Positions 22,696 to 31,744 of a DNA stretch of 64,000 nucleotides are shown here, piece by piece; position 1 is the first letter of the stretch, and every line of letters starts with the position of its first letter. The notes below the pieces were generated by a model. The model ran no database searches. It worked only from the letters and a program-made list of their open reading frames with translations, and was not told where the DNA came from. The stretch is taken from contig CANQCU010000002.1 in the NCBI GenBank assembly GCA_947590905.1, positions 75,332 to 139,331 of the forward strand. Reading direction: 5' to 3'. Made by a program: the position numbers and the translations under genes. This DNA is from an uncultured Clostridia bacterium (GTDB taxonomy: Bacteria; Bacillota; Clostridia; TANB77; CAG-508).

Positions 22696-22754
22696 ATATA
22701 AACAAGTTTTATATTAAATTTATTAAGCTTTTAGATGTTCTAGTTTAACGGTTT

Positions 22755-22878
22755 CATAGAACAAATATGTAAATTTCGTATAATGTGCTTATTTACTATT
22801 GTTTATCCTATTATTTTACTTTCAAAAAATGCTAACTTAATGCTACGCCATTCAACTTATTAGAACTTATTAATCATT
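22755..22878. repeat. Direct repeat copy A (~125 bp, about 75-80% identical to copy B). Putative att-type site.
   Basis: Aligned by eye: tttcatagaacaaata...aaattt..gtgctt..tactattgtt..cctatt..aaaaaatgcta..ttaatgctac.ccattcaa.ttatta.acttattaa is shared with 23445-23568. Confidence 0.5.
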
Positions 22879-23373
22879 ATTACTTTTTAAATTATTATAA
22901 AAACTTTTCTTATATTCTTCTATTTTTTCATTATCAACCTTTCCAATTTTGAACAATATTTGCTCGTTTGAAATCTTATATACTACATCTGTTTTTACGA
23001 TGCTGTCTTTATGTAAGTTATTTATATTGTCTTTTTTTAATAACTTGTTTGAATTAAATTTTAATTTTTCTAAATTAGAAGATATAAGCATTCCAAAATT
23101 CTCAATTGGGACTGCTGTATTATCTTGGTCTATTATTACAAAAAGATGATCTTTTCCAATTTTTCCATCAGGATATATATATTCTTTTACAAAAACAATA
23201 TCACCAATTTTACACTCTATACTGTAATTTTCCTCTTGTTCTTTTATCCAATTTTCTGCATTTCCTTTATGCCATTCTTCTTCAACTGGGTATTCATCAA
23301 ATGCTTCTTTTACATCTTTAACTTTGCCATATTTATATGCAGTTTTTAAGAAATCGCTTAATTCTTCTTTCAT
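22870..23373 (-). CDS. Hypothetical 167-aa protein, possibly an SH3-barrel PemK/MazF-like fold, bracketed by the two direct-repeat copies.
   Basis: The IGDIVFVKEY...GKDHLFVIIDQDN segment is loosely MazF-like. No other recognisable motif. Confidence 0.25.
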   Translation of the reverse strand: MKEELSDFLKTAYKYGKVKDVKEAFDEYPVEEEWHKGNAENWIKEQEENYSIECKIGDIVFVKEYIYPDGKIGKDHLFVIIDQDNTAVPIENFGMLISSNLEKLKFNSNKLLKKDNINNLHKDSIVKTDVVYKISNEQILFKIGKVDNEKIEEYKKSFYNNLKSNND

Positions 23374-23444
23374 TAAAAAATTTACCTTTCTATCTTTTAT
23401 TTAACCATTTTTTGTTATCTATTGACGATCTGAAAGTGGCTTCA

Positions 23445-23568
23445 TAGAACAAATAAGCAAATTTGTTGCAACGTGCTTGTCTACTATTGTTAAGCCTATT
23501 TTTTAACTTTTAAAAAATGCTATTTTAATGCTACCCCATTCAATTTATTAATACTTATTAAACTCTTT
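23445..23568. repeat. Direct repeat copy B. Likely the left att boundary of the integrated conjugative element.
   Basis: See copy A. Lies between the 3' end of the integrase gene and ORF 22870..23373. Confidence 0.5.
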
Positions 23569-23649
23569 TCAATTATTTGCTCTACGTTCTAACTTTGTTT
23601 AATATATCATATTTTATTAAAAATTTCAATTATTTGTAAGTATTTTTAA

Positions 23650-23690
23650 AAAGAAAAAACTCTATTTTAAAAAATAGAGTTAATTTTATC
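23650..23690 (-). terminator. Intrinsic terminator at the 3' end of the integrase gene.
   Basis: aactctatttt/aaaatagagtt hairpin followed by a T-run on the minus strand. Confidence 0.5.
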
Positions 23691-24869
23691 AATTTCTTTT
23701 TCCTTAAATTCACTAAATACACTTGTATAAGTATTTAAAGTTACTTGAATATCCTTATGCCCTAGTATTCTCTGAAGAACTACTGGACTAACACCATTTT
23801 CTATACATCTAGTTGCAAAAGTATGTCTTAACATATGCGTATTAACCCTACTTTTAGTAATATTGCATTGATATATTCTTTTTGTTTTTCTTCCCCCCTT
23901 TTTTGGTTCCTTTTTCTTATAAACTCTAATATCTGCATTTTTACATAGTTTTTGGAATCTTGAATTAAAACTTGTTGCGTGTATAAAATTACCATTTTTT
24001 AAAAACAAAAATCCTCTTTTTCTATCTATTTTGTATTCAATCAGTTTTTTATATAATATATCTAATATTGGTACATCTCTCATACCTGCATAAGTTTTTG
24101 TTGTGTTTTCTAGTAAAATTCTTCCTTTCTCTACGTGGCTTAAAGTTTTTCTCACATATATTTTTTTATTTTCAAAATCTATATCTTCTCTTTTCAACGC
24201 TAATATTTCACTAATTCTCATTCCTGTATATATTGCAATATAAAATACTATCGTATAATCATCATAACCTTTATCTAATTCTTTTATAAATCTTTTTTCT
24301 TCCTCTACTGTTAAAGCATCTATTTTTTTTGTTGGTTTACTAGATTTTGGTTTCATTAGATATCCCTTTAAATCAAATGGATTTTTATCAACAATATTTC
24401 TTATTATAGCCTCGTTAAAAGCTCCCTGCAATTGTTGCCATACTTTTGTTATTACTGATTGAGAATATGATGTTAATTCTTGACTTTGGGAATTTATTAT
24501 GCTCCTAGTAACATTTTGAATAGGTATGTTAGCAAAAGGTAATAGTTTTTGCATTATATCTATTGTTTCTCCAAGTCTTATATAAGAAGCTCTTTTAATT
24601 GAGTTAGAGTTATATTTTAACTCTCTAATTTCTTGTGCAATATCTACTATTGATAACATATTAGACACATCTTTCCCTGTTTGCATTTCTCTTTGTAGTG
24701 AATCCATTTTATCTTTTACTTCTTTTCGTGTATTGCCGTATAAACTCTTTCTTATTTGTTTTCCATTTTTATCTTTTCCTAATGTAACTTGTCCTATCCA
24801 TTTTTTCATTGACTCTATATAATAAATTGTTCCTTCTCCATTTCCTCTTTTTTTCATTGTTCTTGCCAT
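23667..24869 (-). CDS. int: Tyrosine-type site-specific recombinase / integrase.
   Basis: 400 aa. The C-terminal HMLRHTFATRCIENGVSPVVLQRILGHKDIQVTLNTYTSV contains the R...H-x-x-R...Y catalytic signature. N-terminal SAM-like and core-binding region. Confidence 0.8.
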   Translation of the reverse strand: MARTMKKRGNGEGTIYYIESMKKWIGQVTLGKDKNGKQIRKSLYGNTRKEVKDKMDSLQREMQTGKDVSNMLSIVDIAQEIRELKYNSNSIKRASYIRLGETIDIMQKLLPFANIPIQNVTRSIINSQSQELTSYSQSVITKVWQQLQGAFNEAIIRNIVDKNPFDLKGYLMKPKSSKPTKKIDALTVEEEKRFIKELDKGYDDYTIVFYIAIYTGMRISEILALKREDIDFENKKIYVRKTLSHVEKGRILLENTTKTYAGMRDVPILDILYKKLIEYKIDRKRGFLFLKNGNFIHATSFNSRFQKLCKNADIRVYKKKEPKKGGRKTKRIYQCNITKSRVNTHMLRHTFATRCIENGVSPVVLQRILGHKDIQVTLNTYTSVFSEFKEKEIDKINSIF

Positions 24870-24892
24870 AGTTCCTCCATTTCTAATGAAGA

Positions 24893-25150
24893 TTACTCAA
24901 ACATTTTTTTAGCAATTTTTTCTAACAATATTTTTTTTGTTTCATCATCATTACATAATTCATAAATAAATACAGCTCTTTTATCTGCAATTAAATTTGC
25001 GCCACAATTCTTTATTAACGGAAATCCAAAACTATGAAATCTCTCTCTTGCTTTTACAACTCCTATTCCTCTCCAATCAGAATATATTTCTGGAGTAATC
25101 GTGTCTGGTAAATCTTCAAATTTTATTTTTGATTTTTTTACTTTCATCAA
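24893..25150 (-). CDS. xis: Small protein immediately upstream of int. Probable Tn916-Xis-like excisionase / recombination directionality factor.
   Basis: 85 aa. ...KNCGANLIADKRAVFIYE resembles Tn916 Xis ...NKNANWLIMNGNRIQIKR. Position between a regulatory gene and int, as in Tn916-family elements. Confidence 0.3.
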   Translation of the reverse strand: MMKVKKSKIKFEDLPDTITPEIYSDWRGIGVVKARERFHSFGFPLIKNCGANLIADKRAVFIYELCNDDETKKILLEKIAKKMFE

Positions 25151-25270
25151 ATCCTCCTAACTAAAAAGTTAGTCTCAAGTGATTACTAAAAGACTAACTC
25201 TTTTTTCTATTTATTTAAAGTATGTGATTTCTTTATATTCTTAACTTCATACATTTGACATTTTTCATAA

Positions 25271-25828
25271 CTATATATATCGAGCTGCCTTTTTCTCAAT
25301 TTCTTCTGGCGAATATAATTTCATAATATCTAAAACATACTCTCCGAATAATTTATTCGATATTTCTTCATTGCCTGTATGTTTTAAATACTCTTTTGCT
25401 ACAATACAATAACTTGCAATTTGCTTTTTAGTTAGTCTTATAATCTCATTTTCTTCATTTATAGCTTTTATTTTATCTAATCCTAAAGCAATAATAATTG
25501 CCTTATCTATTGCTTTTATCTCATTTTCATCTAATGTTCCTAAAAAATATCTTAACCTTTTTTTGTCTATCGTTTTCAACTGCTCTACAAGTGCTATTGA
25601 ATTTGTTATTAATCTTTTCTTATTCTTTTTTATAAAAACGTGTGTAGGTATTCTGGCTTTTAATTGTATTTTACTTGTTATTGGAACTATTATAGTTGTT
25701 GGACTATATTCATTTCCAACATCATTTTGTACTATTACTACTGGTCTTATCCCTGCTTGTTCACTTCCTTCAATATTATCTTCTAAATCTGCATAATATA
25801 TATCTCCTCTATTTATATGTTTTCCCAT
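25271..25828 (-). CDS. MazF/PemK (EndoA/NdoA-like) endoribonuclease toxin domain with a ~65-aa C-terminal extension.
   Basis: The first ~120 aa align closely with B. subtilis NdoA (RGDIYYADL..GSEQAGIRPVVIVQNDVGNEYSPTTIIVPITSKIQ..IPTHV...LVEQLKTIDKKRL...IALGL). An extra C-terminal tail follows. No MazE-like ORF upstream. Confidence 0.6.
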   Translation of the reverse strand: MGKHINRGDIYYADLEDNIEGSEQAGIRPVVIVQNDVGNEYSPTTIIVPITSKIQLKARIPTHVFIKKNKKRLITNSIALVEQLKTIDKKRLRYFLGTLDENEIKAIDKAIIIALGLDKIKAINEENEIIRLTKKQIASYCIVAKEYLKHTGNEEISNKLFGEYVLDIMKLYSPEEIEKKAARYI

Positions 25829-26251
25829 TTTTTATTTCCTCCATATTTTAATTTTTAATCACATTGTATGTATGACTCTTTTCTTTTAGGAGCTACCATT
25901 AGCTGATAGCTCCAGTTTTTTTATATTCTAACTTTATCCCATTAGACTGCAATCGCTAATTGCACATAGGCTACACCTGTCTGCTTATACAGACTACCCT
26001 CATTGCGTGCGACGGTTTTATCACGCTCAAGCTATGACTAGGCAATGTCTTATTATTTCTATTACCGTTCTTCGCCTTATGAGTGGCTATCTCATATTTA
26101 AGTTAGATTAGCTCTGATTCCTTTCTATTAACTAGCTCACAGTAATAGATTATCATCTAATGTTTTATTCAATTTTCAATGTACGAGAGGAAATTAAAAA
26201 ACCCCCTCTACTCTATAAAGGAAAAAAAGGGGGTCTTGTGCAAAAAAATTT
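25829..26251 (-). other. 423-nt ORF-free, locally GC-enriched leader between the sigma-like gene and the MazF-like gene. Contains a terminator for the upstream gene and several hairpins. Candidate structured ncRNA or cis-regulatory leader.
   Basis: ccccc...ggggg plus T-run (minus strand) at about 26190-26235. Hairpins gtctgtataagcagac, tgcaattagcgattgca and ggagcta...tagctcc followed by T7. GC content clearly above the neighbourhood. Confidence 0.25.
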
Positions 26252-26779
26252 TTAATTTTCTAATAATTTTTTTAATTTTTTCAAAATTTGCATTTTCTTA
26301 TACTGTATCGTAGAATATGGCAAGCCTATTATTTCAGCATATTCTCGTATTGTTTTGTCATCAAAAAAGACATTTTTTATAAGTTTATACTCTGTATCGT
26401 TCAAACTTAACAAAGCCTCTCTTAATTTTTCTATTTCTATTTTCTTATAGACTTCTTTTTCTACATTACATTGATTATCTTGAATAATATCTATTCCTCT
26501 AACATCTTCGCTGTCTTGTAGTTTTTCTATTGATATTACTTGTAATTTTCTCATTATTTTATCTATGTACTTATTTCTTTCATACTCATAATAAAAATCT
26601 TCATAAATAGCTTTAGATACTTCTAATAAAGCATCATCTACTAATATAAATTTTTTATTTTGATATGTATTATTATCGTTTCTTCTTTTCTCTAATTCTT
26701 GTAATGTAATCTCCTCATATTCTCCATTTTCATTTTTGATAAAACATTTTAAATTCTTTTTCATTCCTTTTACCTCCAT
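26252..26779 (-). CDS. Small sigma-70 region-4-like regulator (Tn916 Orf7 / TcdR-UviA-like class).
   Basis: 175 aa. The C-terminal TIREYAEIIGLPYSTIQYKKMQILKKLKKLL is a sigma region 4.2-type HTH. A hairpin (ctccattcgattt / aaatcgaacggag) overlaps its RBS at 26780-26815. Confidence 0.4.
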   Translation of the reverse strand: MEVKGMKKNLKCFIKNENGEYEEITLQELEKRRNDNNTYQNKKFILVDDALLEVSKAIYEDFYYEYERNKYIDKIMRKLQVISIEKLQDSEDVRGIDIIQDNQCNVEKEVYKKIEIEKLREALLSLNDTEYKLIKNVFFDDKTIREYAEIIGLPYSTIQYKKMQILKKLKKLLEN

Positions 26780-27045
26780 TCGATTTACCTTCTAAAAATC
26801 GAACGGAGGTGGACTACGACAATGTTTTTCAGTTATTTTGCTAAATAACCTATCCATACGCAAAAAGCCTTTCAAAATTTTACTCAATCAAACTTTGAAA
26901 AGGCTTTATTATAAATAAAAATCAAAATTAAAAAATGCTATTCAACCAATCTTTCATTTGTTTCTAAAAAGTCTTTTGTATAGCCTTTTTCAATTTTGAT
27001 TAAATTTGGCTCATTATACATAGTTTTTAGCTTTTGCTGTAAAAA

Positions 27046-27085
27046 TGTTAGTAAAATTGTAGTAAATGTTAGTAAAATTGTAGCT
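27046..27085. promoter_or_regulatory. Two tandem ~20-nt direct repeats (aatgttagtaaaattgtagt) upstream of the 27203 gene. Candidate operator/iteron.
   Basis: Sequence tgttagtaaaattgtagtaaatgttagtaaaattgtagc. Confidence 0.3.
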
Positions 27086-27202
27086 TATCTTAACTTTTTA
27101 TGTTTACTTTTGTTCCTGTTACTTGTTTTTCATTATAATTTGCATTATAATAAACAGAGATTTCTTTTATATACGTTCATTTTGAAAGGAGTATTTTATA
27201 AT

Positions 27203-27619
27203 ATGTTTGATGATTTCGAGGAATATCTTAATAAAAGAGTAAAAATAATAACTATTGATGATAAGCAGTTTGTAGGAAATGTTTACGGTTATGTACCAGC
27301 ACCAGATAATGAGCCAGAAATTGACCAAATAGACATACTCAATGAAAAAGACAATCGTTTATATGGATTACTAAAAACAGAAATTAAAAGTATTGAAATT
27401 TTAGAAATAAATAAAAATGAGAAAAAATTTATTAAATGTGCTTGTTGTGGTAGTCTTGAAGTCCCTGTTGGAGATGATGGACACTTTTATATATGCAATA
27501 ATTGTGGTTGGGAAAAGGATGAAATACAAGAAAATAAGTCTAATTATAAAGGTGGAGCGAATAAAATGTCTTTGAATGAAGCAAAAAAAGCATATAAAGA
27601 GCATAAAAAGATTTATTGA
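27203..27619 (+). CDS. Hypothetical protein with a C-terminal 4-Cys zinc-ribbon (CACCGS...CNNCGW).
   Basis: Preferred start MFDDFEEY with an AAAGGAG RBS at 27186-27192. The ORF tool's upstream extension to 26996 is hydrophobic junk covering the repeat region. Confidence 0.4.
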   Translation: MFDDFEEYLNKRVKIITIDDKQFVGNVYGYVPAPDNEPEIDQIDILNEKDNRLYGLLKTEIKSIEILEINKNEKKFIKCACCGSLEVPVGDDGHFYICNNCGWEKDEIQENKSNYKGGANKMSLNEAKKAYKEHKKIY

Positions 27620-27656
27620 TTTTTTACCAATTTTTGACAATTTTTTTACTTTTTTT

Positions 27657-27686
27657 GATTTGCTCTTGAAATTATGTAACCTTAGT
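27657..27686 (+). promoter_or_regulatory. Sigma-A-type promoter for the Spo0A-like gene.
   Basis: TTGAAA, a 17-nt spacer, then TATAAT (cttgaaattatgtaaccttagtggtataat), about 45 nt upstream of the ATG at 27733. Confidence 0.5.
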
Positions 27687-27732
27687 GGTATAATAGATTA
27701 TATTTTATTAATTGTAATTATTTGGGGTTAAA

Positions 27733-28473
27733 TTGACTATGGTAAAAATACTCGTTGCTAGTGCAGATGTTTTTAATAATCAAAACTTCTGCAATTTACT
27801 TACAAATGATAACAAATTTTTTATACAGAACGCCTTTACTGTTAGTGATACCTTAGATAAATATGCAACAATGCAGCCTAATGTTCTTATTATAGGTACA
27901 AGTTTAGGTGTTTCAAATTGTATAGAAATCATTAATAAGATTTCTATTTTTCCTAATGTTTCTAATAATTGTTATACAATTATAGTTGCAACTAGGCAAG
28001 AAACTAACAATATCATTGAGCAATTACAAAATTTTTCCAGAGTTTATAAAATATTAGATAAACCTTTTAATTTTTCACAAGCAATAGATACTATAAATGA
28101 AATTGCTCCTATCTTTATAATCAATGAATTAACTTTTGACGATATTAGACCAATCTTACTTTTACTTAATATTAGCGTATCATCAAAAGGCGCTATTTAT
28201 CTTATGTCAGCAATTATCATTTGTTATTACTATCCTTTTTTACTAGAAAATTTGGAAAATGATGTGTATAGTCGAATTGCAAATTATTATAATACTACAC
28301 ACGATAAAGTTCGAGAAAATATTAGAAATACACTAATGACTTTAGATAATAGTTATATAGATGCAAACAAATTTCAGTTGTTTAAATTGTTTGATTTTAA
28401 GGATAATACTACACCAAAGCAATTTATTGAAATTGTATCAACATATTTTAGGCAAAAAAAAAGAAATGATTAA
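27733..28473 (+). CDS. Spo0A-like regulator: degenerate receiver (REC) domain lacking the phospho-acceptor Asp, plus a Spo0A_C-type DNA-binding domain.
   Basis: C-terminal KGAIYLMSAII...NDVYSRIANYYNTTHDKVRENIRNTL parallels the Spo0A_C helix (KGYQYLREAI...IAKKFNTTASRVERAIRHAIE). The N-terminal CheY-like fold has IIGTSLG where DxxMPxxDG is expected. Confidence 0.4.
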   Translation: MTMVKILVASADVFNNQNFCNLLTNDNKFFIQNAFTVSDTLDKYATMQPNVLIIGTSLGVSNCIEIINKISIFPNVSNNCYTIIVATRQETNNIIEQLQNFSRVYKILDKPFNFSQAIDTINEIAPIFIINELTFDDIRPILLLLNISVSSKGAIYLMSAIIICYYYPFLLENLENDVYSRIANYYNTTHDKVRENIRNTLMTLDNSYIDANKFQLFKLFDFKDNTTPKQFIEIVSTYFRQKKRND

Positions 28474-28501
28474 TAGCTATACACCATTAATCATTTCTTT
28501 T

Positions 28502-29692
28502 TTAATATCTATTTTCCATATAATCTTTTATAATATTTACTATCTTGTCATTATATGGCTTTCTTACTAATGAATTAAGTTTTGTTCCTATTGTTTTTGA
28601 TACATTTGCAAGTTCATCAATGCTATCCTCTGTTATTCTATTTTCACTATCTAATATATTAAATACGGGCATTTTCCACTTGCTCAATGTTTCTCCTGCC
28701 TTTTTTGCTATATCTAATCCGTTTATTCCGTTTACGTCATATTTAGCAAACACCATTGTTGGTTTTAACTTAACTATTTTATTTAAGGTGTCTTCTGTGT
28801 TTACACTTACTCCAACAACCTCTGCGTAATCTATGTTATTTATAGTTTTTACTATATCTTCTGTCGTTTTTTCATCATCATAAGTTATTAATACTTTTAC
28901 CTTATCTATTAAGCAACTTTTCTCAAAATCAATTTTTTCTTGCTCTAAGGCATTACCCAAACATCTATCTACTCCATTTTCAGTTATGACTATATCTGCA
29001 TTTGAAAGCATCACTATACTTTTTTCAAATTCCTTTTGTTTTTTATATCTAACATTCCTTATGTTTTCAAAATTTCTCAATGATCCTACTCGTTTTTCTA
29101 TATCTTCCTCTGCTATTTCAAATTCTTCCTTATTTATAAAAGCACGTTCTCTTACGGGCATAAATTTTAAAAATTTCCAATTATCAATTTTATAATTATT
29201 TAAGAACTCTCCTAGTTCATCAAGTTCGCCTATATTTTTCTTTGTTACAACTGTATTAATAGTAACCTTAACATTTTTATCTTTTAATTTTTCTAAAAGA
29301 TTTTTAACTAATTCATAATGATTTTCTTCTTGTCCTAATGCCTTGTTTGTTGCATTTGAGGTAGATGCAATAGATATATTCAAGTAGTCTAAATTATCTA
29401 GTATGTCTTTTGTATATTCATTATCATTTTGTGATAAATATATTCCATTTGTTACTAACTTGTTTCTCATTCCTTTTTCTTTTGCTTTCTTGATGAGTTC
29501 ATTTAATCTTGGATAAAGAACTGCCTCTCCTCCAGTCCAAGTTATATCAGTCACTCCACTATTTGCAAGATGGTCTATTACTTTTTCATTATCGTTGTAG
29601 TTCAACTCTTCAATATTAGTAAAACCGAAACAATACTTACAATTTTGATTACATCTCGTTGTTATTTTCCAACATACTTTTTGCCTCTTCAT
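28502..29692 (-). CDS. Radical SAM enzyme with an additional C-terminal Rossmann-like domain.
   Basis: The CNQNCKYC (CxxxCxxC) cluster near the N-terminus is the radical SAM 4Fe-4S motif. 396 aa. Confidence 0.55.
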   Translation of the reverse strand: MKRQKVCWKITTRCNQNCKYCFGFTNIEELNYNDNEKVIDHLANSGVTDITWTGGEAVLYPRLNELIKKAKEKGMRNKLVTNGIYLSQNDNEYTKDILDNLDYLNISIASTSNATNKALGQEENHYELVKNLLEKLKDKNVKVTINTVVTKKNIGELDELGEFLNNYKIDNWKFLKFMPVRERAFINKEEFEIAEEDIEKRVGSLRNFENIRNVRYKKQKEFEKSIVMLSNADIVITENGVDRCLGNALEQEKIDFEKSCLIDKVKVLITYDDEKTTEDIVKTINNIDYAEVVGVSVNTEDTLNKIVKLKPTMVFAKYDVNGINGLDIAKKAGETLSKWKMPVFNILDSENRITEDSIDELANVSKTIGTKLNSLVRKPYNDKIVNIIKDYMENRY

Positions 29693-29824
29693 TTTTCAAC
29701 CTCTTTCCTTATAATGATTGTACTTATTATATACCCATCTCTGCAAAAAGTATATTTGAAAAAATCTAATACACATTCGATTTTTTCAATAACAAAAAAG
29801 GAATATCCTTTTTTGAATATCCCT

Positions 29825-30703
29825 TTAATCTTCTTTTAAATATTTTTTAATAAATATCTTGTCTATCTTTGTTAGGTATTTTTCCATATATACTACATTA
29901 ATTTTCATTTTTGGTAACTGTATTGGAAGTTTTACTTCATACACTTCTTTGTTATTTATTGCCTCTCTTGCTGACTCTTTCATAACGTATCCTATTCCTT
30001 GTCCCTGTTTTACTTCTTCTATTCTCATTTCTGTAATATCTGACTGCATACCTACTTGTATTTGAACATTATGTTTTTTCAATATTTCTAATAATTTTTT
30101 AGTAGAATTTGAATTTTTATAATTCAATATGTATCTATAATTTTCTAATTCTTTTATATCTTTAATTTCTACTAATTCTTTAGAAATGAATATATTTTCA
30201 ATTTCTTTTATTTCCTTTATTTGCATTTCTGCTTTTATTTCTGGGACATTTCCCATAATTGCAAAATCAATTTTATGCTTTTCCAATAACTCTGTCAAAT
30301 TTTCGTATCCAGTTTCTCCGATTATATCTATCTTTATATTTGGATAATCTTTTTTTATTCTTGTTATACACTTCGATAAATATGAAATTGCAATATGAGA
30401 AGGACAACCTATTGTCATTTTAGCTTTTGAAATATCATTGTTTTCTTTTAATTCCTTCTCTGCAAATTCTATTGCCTCAATGGGTTCTCCAATTTTGTCA
30501 TAGAATTTTTTACCCTCTTGTGTCAAAGTTGTCCCTTTATTTTCCCTGTAAAATAATTTTACATCAAAATAGTCTTCTAGCTTTTTTATATGTGAACTTA
30601 CTGTGGATTCTGTTAAGCACAGTATATCACTTGCTTTGCTAAAACTTTCTTGTTCAGCTACTACACAGAATACCTTGTATAAATTTAAATTTATATCTGA
30701 CAT
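29825..30703 (-). CDS. LysR-family transcriptional regulator.
   Basis: N-terminal HTH FSKASDILCLTESTVSSHIKKLEDYFDVKLF and a C-terminal substrate-binding domain. Divergent from/adjacent to the radical SAM gene. Confidence 0.7.
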   Translation of the reverse strand: MSDINLNLYKVFCVVAEQESFSKASDILCLTESTVSSHIKKLEDYFDVKLFYRENKGTTLTQEGKKFYDKIGEPIEAIEFAEKELKENNDISKAKMTIGCPSHIAISYLSKCITRIKKDYPNIKIDIIGETGYENLTELLEKHKIDFAIMGNVPEIKAEMQIKEIKEIENIFISKELVEIKDIKELENYRYILNYKNSNSTKKLLEILKKHNVQIQVGMQSDITEMRIEEVKQGQGIGYVMKESAREAINNKEVYEVKLPIQLPKMKINVVYMEKYLTKIDKIFIKKYLKED

Positions 30704-30767
30704 AGTTATATAACTCCTTTTATAGATGTTATTATATCACATTATGTCAAATTATGCAAGTTATCCT

Positions 30768-31352
30768 TTATTTTAGCAATTTTGCAAGTTCTATTTCTGC
30801 TTTTTTTATAAAGTAATCACTTGTATCTATTGGAATTTCTAATTCGTTTATTACTTTTTTCAGTTTGTCTATCGTATCATAGTTTTTACTATTTTCTATA
30901 AGCTCAACTTCTATTAGATTATCTCCGTCTACTATATCTTTTACTTGAATTTCCATTTCTCCATTTCTAAATATCGTGCCATTTTCCTTTATATTCATTA
31001 GGCTCTTATACCCTATTACTTCAATAAATCTTCTTGCATCTTCTTTATTCGTTACACCACAGTCAACTTTTTCTTGGTTTGCTATATCCCCATTTGATGT
31101 AAATTGTTTTTTCTTAAATGTTAGTTTTGTACTTTTTCTCATTCCTTTATCAGAAAAATGTTCTTCAATATCTCTTAACAGTATTGCTTTATTCAATATA
31201 TCTCTTATATCCAATTTATTTATATCAATATCTTGTGGTATATAATATGTATCGTCTAATATATAAGAACTCTCTATATCGAATTTCTTATTTTTCAATA
31301 TTTCTTTTATTTCAGCTATACTGCACTTTAACTTTACTGTTATCTCATTCAT
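30768..31352 (-). CDS. CYTH-like (CyaB / thiamine-triphosphatase fold) domain protein. Tentative.
   Basis: N-terminal EITVKLK resembles the CYTH EIExK motif. 194 aa. Confidence 0.25.
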   Translation of the reverse strand: MNEITVKLKCSIAEIKEILKNKKFDIESSYILDDTYYIPQDIDINKLDIRDILNKAILLRDIEEHFSDKGMRKSTKLTFKKKQFTSNGDIANQEKVDCGVTNKEDARRFIEVIGYKSLMNIKENGTIFRNGEMEIQVKDIVDGDNLIEVELIENSKNYDTIDKLKKVINELEIPIDTSDYFIKKAEIELAKLLK

Positions 31353-31401
31353 TTTTTCTTATCTCCAAATTATTAAATTTTTATTTCTTTTTGTTTTCTA
31401 A

Positions 31402-31695
31402 TTAAGTCTGCCAATATTCATATATTTGAAGTAAATTTGTAAGTAAATTATTTATTTTAGTAGTATCTGCATTTTTAATATTTATTGTTTTTTTCTTTTC
31501 TACTAATGCGTTTATCATTACTCCCAATTCATACTTATCTACTTTTGTTTTATTTTTTAATATTCTTATTACATCATTGATTGCATCAGTATATTTATTT
31601 TCTTTTAATATCTTACTTCTAAAATCATTCAGTACATATATCATCAAATTTAACTCGTCATTACTAAACTCTATTTTTCTTTTATTTTTTAGCAT
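31402..31695 (-). CDS. Hypothetical protein (97 aa).
   Basis: ORF only. Confidence 0.3.
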   Translation of the reverse strand: MLKNKRKIEFSNDELNLMIYVLNDFRSKILKENKYTDAINDVIRILKNKTKVDKYELGVMINALVEKKKTINIKNADTTKINNLLTNLLQIYEYWQT

Positions 31696-31744
31696 TTGCT
31701 TTTACTCCTATTCACTTACTTATTATATCTGTCCTACTTATTTA

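Noticed and set aside
25829-26251. Type III toxin-antitoxin (ToxIN-like) with an RNA repeat antitoxin upstream of the MazF-like gene.
   Set aside because: No tandem direct repeats in the leader, and the toxin is a sequence-level NdoA/MazF homologue, not ToxN/AbiQ.
26996-27202. N-terminal extension of ORF 26996..27619 (MIKFGSLYIVFSFCCKNVSK...).
   Set aside because: Overlaps the repeat/operator region and is hydrophobic low-complexity. A good RBS precedes the internal ATG at 27203.
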